Source: Eledone cirrhosa (Eukaryota). From it: a DNA stretch of 64,000 nt. Location: assembly GCA_964016885.1 (NCBI GenBank), contig OZ024762.1, forward strand, positions 930,001 to 994,000. Reading direction: 5' to 3'. The notes under the pieces are model-generated. The model was not told the DNA's origin, did no database searches, and was given only the letters and a program-made list of their open reading frames with translations. Of this stretch, positions 54,179 to 64,000 are shown piece by piece (the stretch's first letter is position 1; each line of letters opens with the position of its first letter). A program made the translations under genes and the position numbers.

Positions 54179-54208
54179 CTGACATTGTCAAGCCATTTGT
54201 CAGTGACA
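54179..54208 (-). CDS. 30-nt microexon (VSLTNGLTMS), possibly holding the start codon
   Basis: Acceptor ATATATTCTCAG, donor CAG|GTAGTA, phase 1 to 1, bridges the 59863 and 48874 exons in frame; contains ACAATGT. Confidence 0.5.
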
Positions 54209-54352
54209 CTGAGAATATATAACACCTTCCTCAGGTAGTAACATCTGCTAGATTCTCATTAAAGGTAAACTGAACTGAATTGACTGAGGACAGGACAAGG
54301 ACTTAAGTTATTTATCTTACACAACAAACCTCTCTTTCATACAGAATAGCTG

Positions 54353-54397
<45 letters not shown>

Positions 54398-54476
54398 CAT
54401 ATATATACATACATGTATAAATTCATTGACATACATACATATATTCTTACATTTATTTACATACATACATATACAG

Positions 54477-54556
<80 letters not shown>

Positions 54557-54879
54557 ATATACATGCATACATATATATTCATACATACACACATAGATAC
54601 ATTCACACACATATATATAATATATGAGTGTGTATATACTTATATTCATATATACACATCTATATACATACATGTGTATGTATATAGAGTAACAATAGAT
54701 ATAGATATATGTGTGTGTGTGTGTGTGTGTGGAGGGAAGATATATATATATATATATATATATGAAGGGGGGGAGACAGACACAGAAAAAAAGGTCAAAC
54801 ACAAAGAGAGAGATAATAGGGTGGGGGTGAGAGGGAGGGTGAGAGGGAGAAAACTGAGGGGGGGGGGGGGGTATTTTCT

Positions 54880-55760
54880 TTCTTGACACCTGAAAGGATA
54901 AATGCCAAGATGGACCTTAGCAGACACAAACACCCTCTAGATACTCCTTCCAGAACATCCCAGATGTGACAGCTGGAAAGGGGAGAGAGGGCTACACCAG
55001 TACTGGGCTGCTGTTGTCTTTACTGACCCTTGAAAATATGGAGGGTAAAGTGTACCTCAGAACAAGAGACACCCTCTCTACCTCCCACCAGAATATCAGG
55101 GATATTACAACTGGAAAGGGAGAGAGACTGAGAGCAATGCCCCAGTACTGGGCTGGTGTTGTCTTTGCCGACCCCTGAAAATATGAAGAGAAATGTGGAC
55201 CTTGGAAAATAGAGACACTGTCTCAACTCTCCCTCCAGAATATCCAGGATGTGACAACTGGAAAGGGGATAGACAGTGAGGGCTACACCAATACAGGGTT
55301 GATACTTATTTTATCAACCCCAAAGTGATGAAAGGCAATGTGGCCCCCAGCAGACACAAACACCTCCCAACTCTTCCATCAGAACATCAAGAATGTTATA
55401 GCTAAAAGGGAGAAAGACAGTGAGGGCTGCCCTAGTACTTAGAACCTCACTGACACTTTCTTTACCAACCCCTGAAAGGATGAAAGGCAATGTGGCCCCC
55501 AGCAGAGACAAACACCTCCCAACTCTCCCTCCAGAACATCAAGGATGTTACAATAAAAAGGGGAGAGAGCCTGTACTGGGCTGATACTTTTTGTACTGAC
55601 CCTGAAAGGATGAAAGGCAAACCCCTCAATCGTCTCTCCAGAACATCAAGGATGTTACAATAAAAAGGGAGGGAGGGACAGAGAGGGCTACACCAGTACA
55701 TGCAACTTCACTGGTTCGTTCTTTACCAACCCCTGAAAAGATGAGAACCAAGGAACACAG
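54880..55760. repeat. Diverged ~115-140-bp tandem repeat built on the SINE central domain
   Basis: ACCCCTGAAAGGATGAAAGGCAA...CTCCAGAACATC...CCAGTACTGGGCTG, ~6-7 copies. Confidence 0.8.
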
Positions 55761-55966
55761 AGACCCTCAACTAAATACTCAACACTCTAACATCTCCAGC
55801 AAATCAATAGTTTTGTTGTTATTGATACTTTATCAATTTATATTGATAAGTGGAGAAGATTAGAATAAGACACAACAACAACAGTGAAGACATCGATAAA
55901 ATATGTTGCCAGATATTATATCTTGGACTGGAGGGAAGGTATGGCAACAACAACAACAACATACAC

Positions 55967-56015
<49 letters not shown>

Positions 56016-56073
56016 CACACAAATATATAACACATATATATATATACACACACATACATATATATATATACAT

Positions 56074-56125
<52 letters not shown>

Positions 56126-56392
56126 ATATGTATATGTTTATGTATATGTATATATATATACACACACACACACATATATATATATATGTTTATGTATATG
56201 TATATATACACACACATATATATATACATACACACACACACATATATATACATATATATGTATATGTATATGTTTATGTATATGTATATATAAATATACA
56301 CACACACACACATATATCTATGTGTGTGTGTGTGTGTGTATGTATGTATATATATATGTGTGTGTGTGTGTGTATATGTGTGTGTATGTATG

Positions 56393-56439
<47 letters not shown>

Positions 56440-56460
56440 ATATATGTGTGTGTGTGTGTG

Positions 56461-56541
<81 letters not shown>

Positions 56542-56570
56542 ATGTGTATATATATGTGTGTGTGTGTGTG

Positions 56571-56639
<69 letters not shown>

Positions 56640-56720
56640 ATGTGTGTGTATGTATGTATATATATATGTGTGTGTGTGTATATGTGTGTGTATGTATGTA
56701 TATATGTGTGTGTGTGTGTG

Positions 56721-56773
<53 letters not shown>

Positions 56774-56802
56774 ATGTGTATATATATGTGTGTGTGTGTG
56801 TG

Positions 56803-56875
<73 letters not shown>

Positions 56876-56894
56876 ATGTATTTCTTAATTAATG

Positions 56895-57300
56895 ATTGAT
56901 TGGGTTTTAGGGAGGGTTGGGCTGATTGCTTGTACAGGAGGGTGGGTCTGATTGCCAGCTGTGGACTGGTAGATTGATTTTAGGGAGGGTGGGGCTGGTT
57001 GGCCTTTGAGGGAGGGCAGGGCTAGTTGCTGTTTATAGATTGGAATGTAGAGGCTTTTAGGGAGGGTGGGTTTGGTTGATTTTTAGGTAGGGTGGGGCTG
57101 ATTGTTTTTGAGGGATAGTGGGGCTGATTGCTGAGTAAAGAGGGTGGGTTTGGTTTATTTTGAGAGAGGGTGGACTTATTGCTGATTAAAGAGGGTTGGG
57201 CTGATTGGTTTGTAATAAGGGTGGGTTTGATTGCCAGCTATGGATTGGTAGATTGGTTTCAAGGGTGGGTGGGTCTGGTTGCTTTTAGGGAAGGGTGGTG
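56895..57300. repeat. Degenerate G-rich short tandem repeat
   Basis: TTTTAGGGAGGGTGGGGCTGATTG-like units. Confidence 0.75.
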
Positions 57301-57562
57301 TCAGTGATATTAATTTAGTGAGATATCATCACACCCTATATAAGAAGCCTAAGTTCCCTTAACCTAGATTCCACCAATGTATACTAATATATATCCATAA
57401 CATACTAGCACTGACCACTGACCAACGACGTCCATTGTCAGCCAAACTTCTACTGTCTACATTTAATTATATCACATTACATTGCCCAATTTCACACTCC
57501 AATTATACAACCCAGATCTCACTGGTGGCCAAATTCCTTGGCAACGTTTCCTGTAATATGTA

Positions 57563-57778
57563 TTGGCAGAATTGGTAGAGCGTTGGACAACATGCTTAGC
57601 GGCATAGAGTTATGGCCCTTTACGTTATGCGCTCAAATCTCGACGAGGTTAGCTTTGCCTTTCATTCTTACGGGGGTCGATAAAATAAAGTACCAGTAAT
57701 ACACTGTGGTTGATTTAATCGACTTTCCCTTACCCCAAAAAATTGCTGGCCTTGTGCCTAAATCAGAAACCATTATTT
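57563..57778 (+). mobile_element. tRNA-derived SINE
   Basis: TGGCAGAATTGG A box, degenerate B box, TTTGCCTTTCATTC...GGGGTCGATAAAATAAAGTACCAG, TGCTGGCCTTGTGCC tail. Confidence 0.8.
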
Positions 57779-58138
57779 ATGGCAAGAAGTACTCCAGATC
57801 TGACCAAATTCCTTGGTTGTGTTTTCTGTAATATTTATATAATAATACAATGGACATTATTGTGTACAGTGCTCAGGTGCACTACAACTCATCAAAGGTG
57901 CATGTATAGTACATAGAATAATGTACAAATATAGAATAATGTACAACTCCAGGGTTGACTAAATTCCTTGGTTGTGTTTACAATAATATTTATATCAAGA
58001 AGAACTCCGAAGTTGACCAAATTCCCTGACTTTGTGTCTTGTTACATATATATGCACACACATACATAAAAACATAACATACATATATACACAAAACATA
58101 CATGCATACACACACATGTAAAAACATGCATACACACA

Positions 58139-58178
<40 letters not shown>

Positions 58179-58820
58179 AATATAATGCATTTTGTTTTTT
58201 AGTCCCGTATCTCCTGAGGAAGTTGTAAGGGCTCTGATTTGATATACAGTGTTTCTAGGGGCCACTTTTTAATAAACCTGGCGGAACCCATCTCCTCTCC
58301 AGGTCTGAATACAGCGGGTTTCTTCCAGGGGAAGGTAAAGAGGGTAAGAGAATGGAAGTGAGAAAGGTACTGGGGAAGAATCGACCTCAGTACTAAACTG
58401 GTATCATCATCATCATCATCATCATTTTACATCCGCTTTTCCTTGCTTGCAAGGGTGGGATGGGTCCACTTCAGCACAGCATCTCTTCATTCATCACAGT
58501 CCTTCGTCATCTCCTTAGTGAACTTCAGCAAGGGTATGGAAGTGAGAGAGAGAGAGACATAGAGGAGGAAGAATCGACTCCAGTACGGGACTGGTACTTA
58601 CTTGGTATTTATCGACCCTGTAAGGATGAAAGGCAAAGTTAACCTCGGTGGAATCTGAACTCAGAGAGCTGGAACAAATACCACCAAGCATTCTATTTGA
58701 CGTTCTAATGACTCTGACAACTCACCACCTTATAGAAAATAACGGACTTTAACTAATTAAAGTTCTTGTATAGTAATTAAAAACTAAACTGAAGAACATT
58801 ATAAGAGATTTGTTATTTAA

Positions 58821-59850
58821 CCCTTCAGCATATCTGGCCAGAATTTTCTCACCCCTTTCTGTTCAAACTGGCTGTAATTGACCACTCATACAGATATTAA
58901 GGTATTGTTCTCAACATAAATAATATCAAAATCTCATAGATTTGCTATAATGTGAGATAATTATGCGAGGTAAAGCCTTTACTGTGAAAATACAATAGTA
59001 TATATAGAGTAATGTAAATGTTATAGAGTAATGTAAATGTTATGCGAGATATTATATGAGGTAAAGCCTTTACTGTGAAAATACAATAGTATATATAGAG
59101 TAATGTAAATGTTATGTGAGATAAAGCCTTTACTGTGAAAATACAATAGTATATATAGAGTAATGTAAATGTTATGTGAGATAAAGCCTTTACTGTGAAA
59201 ATACAATAGTATATATAGAGTAATGTAAATGTTATGTGAGATAAAGCCTTTACTGTGAAAATACAATAGTATATATAGAGTAATGTAAATGTTATGTGAG
59301 ATAAAGCCTTTACTGTGAAAATACAATAGTATATATAGAGTAATGTAAATGTTATGTGAGATAAAGCCTTTACTGTGAAAATACAATAGTATATATAGAG
59401 TAATGTAAATGTTATGTGAGATTATGTGAGGTAAAGCCTTTACTGTGAAAATACAATAGTATATATAGAGTAATGTAAATGTTATGTGAGATATTATGGG
59501 AGGTAAAGCCTTTACTGTGAAAATACAATAGTATATATAGAGTAATGTAAATGTTATGTGAGATATTATGGGAGGTAAAGCCTTTACTGTGAAAATACAA
59601 TAGTATATATAGAGTAATGTAAATGTTATGTGAGATATTATGTGAGGTAAAGCCTTTACTGTGAAAATACAATAGTATATATAGAGTAATGTAAATGTTA
59701 TGTGAGATATTATGTGAGGTAAAGCCTTTACTGTGAAAATACAATAGTATATATAGAGTAATGTAAATGTTATGTGAGATATTATGTGAGGTAAAGCCTT
59801 TACTGTGAAAATACAATAGTATATATAGAGTAATGTAAATACTTAAAGGG
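58821..59850. mobile_element. piggyBac-like MITE with internal 60/72-bp minisatellite
   Basis: TTAA-CCCTT ... AAGGG-TTAA boundaries; ~58950-59840 consists of tandem 60-bp and 72-bp units. Confidence 0.65.
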
Positions 59851-59862
59851 TTAAAAGTTTAC

Positions 59863-60028
59863 CTGAAGGAAATTTGGTGAAAGCAACATTGGCAGTTAGC
59901 ACATTAGATGCTGTTACTCTAAACGGTAACAAATGCATCATACTGTTGGGTACAATGACGGCCAAGAGTGCAGTTGTGGGGTGGGTTGGTATAAGGCGCA
60001 GAAAATGACCAACTTTGAGGGCCGCCAT
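59863..60028 (-). CDS. Candidate first coding exon (MAALKVGHFLRLIP...FTKFPS)
   Basis: Unique island; acceptor GTGTTTCTTTAG at 60177, GCTATGGCGG start, donor CAG|GTAAAC phase 1; 55 aa with no acidic residue. Confidence 0.5.
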
Positions 60029-60545
60029 AGCAACAGCATTGCTTTGATGAACACTGACCACACAGACGAGAGAGAGCGAGGATTGAAACGAAAAAATTAG
60101 CATTAAATGGCTTCAGTGGCGTGGACTCTGGCACTGGTAAGGGCTGTAGTAGGGTGGAGCTTAATCAAAACCCTGCACTAAAGAAACACGCAGCAAATAT
60201 GGTCGCAAAAACATAAGACATATGCTGTATGAAGTGAGAAAGAATAATCGCAATAATATAATTATATATATATATACACTTCTTTGGTATTGAGTACATT
60301 TTCCTTGTGTTGGTAAACCCAAATGTACAGATATATATATATAGATATATATATATATATATATATAGATATATATATATATATGTATGTGTATGTATTT
60401 ATTTTTATATATATATGATGATATATATATATATATATGTATTTATGTATATAGAATGTATGTATTTATGTATATATATATATGATGATATATATATATA
60501 TATGTATTTATGTATATAGAATGTATGTATTTATGTATATATATA

Positions 60546-60581
<36 letters not shown>

Positions 60582-61211
60582 GTTTACAACTCCAGGAATG
60601 TTCAATATCCAGTTATATCTGAGGTAATTCTTGTCCTTTGCGTTAATCTTTTGTTTTGAGAGAGTTTTTCCTTTATCATGCGGGTGTAAGACTTTTGTTG
60701 TATATATTTAAAGGGTTCTTTAGGGGTTATTTGCTGGCGTATTTTTTGTTACTATTGTTGTTGTTTTTAAGGAATTATTGTAGGGTTGTTTTTTTTAATC
60801 TTTTTTGTTGCAATCTTTTCTTTGTTGTTTTTTTTGAGGGGGCATAATCCTTTTTTTTTTTGCCTTTTTCTTTCTTTGCTATTTTTTTTGCTTTTGTTTT
60901 TGGGGTGGTTTTGTTGTTTTTTTGGGGGGGCCGGCCGGCTTTGTTGTTTTGGTTTTTTGAAGGGTCTAAGCTGCAGCAGCAGAAGAGAAGACGTGGGTAG
61001 CAGAAGAGGAGGGAGAAGTGGTGGAAGATGATGATGATGATGGTGGTGGTGGTAAGGCTAAAAGAAAGGGTTGTGTCTGTGTGGGATCAGTGCCATCTTA
61101 ACCCTGCCCAGACGACAGGGTAGGCTGGTCGCTAGGAGGAGGTAGACGCTCCACCGACTCACTGATCAACTCACCGACTAATATAGTACAAAACTAACGC
61201 AGGTAAATCAC

Positions 61212-61290
61212 GTCGGTGACTTAAGTCTTCACTTACACTGAGTGGGAGGACTTGAGTTGCACTCAGTGTGAGTTTGACTTAATGACTGAC
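61212..61290. ncRNA. Pre-miRNA-like hairpin (candidate)
   Basis: Three stacked helices: GUCGGU/ACUGAC, UUAAGUC/GACUUAA, ACUUACACUGAGUG/CACUCAGUGUGAGU. Confidence 0.3.
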
Positions 61291-61295
61291 TTTAG

Positions 61296-63062
61296 CCACC
61301 CACCACCACCACACCATACCACCACCACTACACCACCACCACACCATACCACCACCACTACACCACCACCACACCACCACTACACCACCATCACGACCAC
61401 CACCACTACACCACCACTACACCACCATCATGACCACCACCACACTACACCACTACACCACCATCATGACCACCACCACTACACCATCATCACCACACCA
61501 CCACCACACCACCACCACTACACCATCATCACCACACCACCACCACACCACCACCACCACTACACCATCATCACCACACCACCACCACTACACCACCATC
61601 ACCACACCACCACCACTACACCATCATCACCACACCACCACCACCATACCACCACACCACCACCACACCACCACCACACCACACCACCACCACCATACCA
61701 CCACCACCACCACACCACCACACCACCACCACACCACCACACCACCACCACCACACCACCACCACCACACCACCACCACCACCACACCATACCACACCAC
61801 CACCACACCACCACCACCACCACACCATACCACCACCACCACCACCACCACCACAACCCCTACTAAAGACTTTAGCTAATCAGAGCAAAGGTGAGACATT
61901 ACAACTAACTAAATATCACCTGGACAGACAGCAGAGTTGGATTACTGTTGTCACGGAATGGAATGTGGTGGTGGTGGTGGTGGTGGTTTTGGTGGTGGTG
62001 GTGGTGGTGTGGTAGTGGTGTGGTGGTGTGGTGGTGGTGGTGGTGGTGTGGTGGTGGTGTGGTGGTGGTGGTGGTGTGGTGTGGTGGTGGTGGTGGTGGT
62101 GTGGTGGTGGTGGTGTGGTGGTGGTGGTGTGGTGGTGGTGTGGTGGTGGTGTAGTGGTGGTGGTGGTGGTGGTTGTGGTGGTGTGGTGGTGGTGTGGTGG
62201 TGGTGTAGTGGTGGTGGTGGTGGTGGTGTGGTGGTGTGGTGGTGGTGTGGTGGTGGTGGTGGTGGTGTGGTGGTGGTGTGGTGGTGTAGTGGTGGTGGTG
62301 GTGTGGTGGTGGTGGTGGTGTGGTGGTGGCGGAGTGGTGGTGGTGTAGTGGTGGTGGTGGTGTGGTGGTGGTGGTGGTGGTGGTGTGGTGGTGTGGTGGT
62401 AGGTGGTGGTGGTGGTGGTGTGATGGTGGTGGTGTGGTGGTGGTGGTGGGGTGGTGGTGGTGGTGTAGTGGTGGTGGTGGTGGTGTGGTGGTGTGGTGGT
62501 GGTGGCGGTGGTGTGGTGGTGGTGGTGGTGTAGTGGTGTGGTGGTGGTGTGGTGGTGGTGGTGGTGGTGGTGGGTGGTGTAGTGGTGGTGGTGGTGGTGG
62601 TGGTGGTGGTGGTGGTGGTGGTGGTGGTGGTGGTGGTGGTGGTGGTGGTGGTGGTGGTGGTGGTGTGGTGGTGGTGGTGGTGGTGGTGGTGGTGGTGGTG
62701 GTGGTGTGGTGGTGGTGGTGGTGTGGTGGTGGTGGTGACAGTGGTGGTGGTGGTGGTGGTGGTGGTGGTGGTGTGGTGGTGGTGTGGTGGTGGTGTGGTG
62801 GTGGTGGTGGTGGTGGTGGTGGTGGTGGTGGTGGCGGTCAGTCGTATCAACTGTTCTAACCTTCCTCCTCCACCACACTGCACTCTTTCACCTCTGTCAC
62901 CACTACACCACCACCACTACACCACCACCACCACTACACCACCACCACCACCACCACCACTACACCACCACCAGCACTACACCACCACCACCACACCACC
63001 ACCACCACCACTACAGCACCACTACCACCATACCACTACACCACCACCACCACCACTACACT
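61296..63062. repeat. Alternating (CAC)n / (GTG)n / (CAC)n low-complexity blocks
   Basis: 61296-61860 C-rich, 61965-62836 G-rich, 62897-63062 C-rich. Confidence 0.95.
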
Positions 63063-63194
63063 GGTGTAAACAAGTGATGGCAATGTTGTTGTTACAGTTG
63101 TTGTTGTTTAACCCTAGGTCAGTAATGATCCACAGACAACCACAGGCAGTCAATGAAATGTTGCTGTTGTTGTTATTACTGTTGTTCTTCTAAT

Positions 63195-63386
63195 GGCGGT
63201 GAATTGGCAGTATCGGCAGAGGGCTGGACGCCATGCTTTCTAACATAGAGTTACGGCCCTTTACAGTCTGAGTTCAAATCCCGCCGAGGTTAACTTTGCC
63301 TTTCATCCTTACGGGGTCGATAAAATAAAGCACCAGTAATACACTGGGGTAATTGCTGGCCTTGTGCCAAAAGTTGAAACAGTTAT
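63195..63386 (+). mobile_element. tRNA-derived SINE
   Basis: GGCGGTGAATTGGCAG...GAGTTCAAATCCCGCC (B box)...GCCTTTCATCCTTACGGGGTCGATAAAA. Confidence 0.8.
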
Positions 63387-63391
63387 CACCG

Positions 63392-63643
63392 TTGTTCTTC
63401 TTTTTCATCCACTTATTCCTAAGAGGGTCGTGGGAGGGTCAGAGTCCTCAAACCCTCCCTCCAAAGGGTCCTGTCAGAAGCAACCATCTCCAAGCTGATC
63501 CGGCTGGATCCCCCAAATGACAATCAAAGCTCATGGATGTTATCCAGCCATCTTGCTCAGGGTCTCCCCCTGGGTCTCCTGCTGGTTGGTTTAGCCTGTA
63601 AAATCTGTCAAGAGATTCTTTCCTCAGACATTCTAACCACATG
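63392..63643 (-). mobile_element. RTE LINE 3' remnant
   Basis: Frameshifted HVVRMSEERI...QILQAKPTSRRPRGRP*ARWLDNI...DRTLWREGL. Confidence 0.75.
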
Positions 63644-64000
63644 TCTGTAGTATCAGAGCTGTGATGGTTAGGGTTGGGGTGGTGGTGTGGAGGTAGTGAT
63701 ATAGAGGTAATGGTGATGGTTGTATGCAGTGTAGTGGTTGTAGTGTAGAGGTGGTTGTGGTGATGGTGTGGTGGTTATGTCTGTGGAGGTGGTTGTGTGG
63801 AGGTGGTGGTAGTGATGGCGGTGGTGGTGTGGTGGTGGTGTGGTGGTGGTGTGGTGGTTATGTCTGTGGAGGTGGTGATGGTGATGGTGGTGGTGTGGAG
63901 GTGGTGGTGTGGTGGTGGTGTGGTGTGGTGGTGGTGGTGTGGGGAGGGTGTAAGTAGCAGAGTAGGTAGTGTGGAGAGTAAAAATTAAAAAGATTAAAAA

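Noticed and set aside
59021-59816. Repetitive YFHSKGF ORFs
   Set aside because: By-product of 60/72-bp units being multiples of three; no splice or start support

Overview
Repeat-dominated, intron-like eukaryotic (metazoan) DNA. The dense (TA)n/(CA)n/(GGT)n microsatellites and the SINE types suggest an octopus/coleoid cephalopod genome (inference). Nearly all ORFs in the track are microsatellite artefacts. Main content: (1) a 14.5-kb 52-bp satellite (~278 units, no net indel) and about a dozen smaller minisatellites, several born from transposon fragments; (2) a young 5'-truncated Tx1/L1-clade LINE with a 20-bp TSD, RTE and CR1 remnants (one RTE with a twin-priming inversion), tRNA-derived SINEs, Tc1/mariner-like and piggyBac-like MITEs; (3) phase-compatible minus-strand exons (60.0, 54.2, 48.8, 46.1 kb) encoding an unidentified single-pass membrane protein, plus weaker orphan exons; (4) two families of hammerhead-ribozyme-bearing, Penelope/retrozyme-like small elements: a fold-back family (1.65, 2.2, 6.15 kb) and a direct-repeat pair of minimal hammerheads 349 nt apart, sense-oriented in an intron of the predicted gene. 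All calls are by eye; no searches or folding programs were run.
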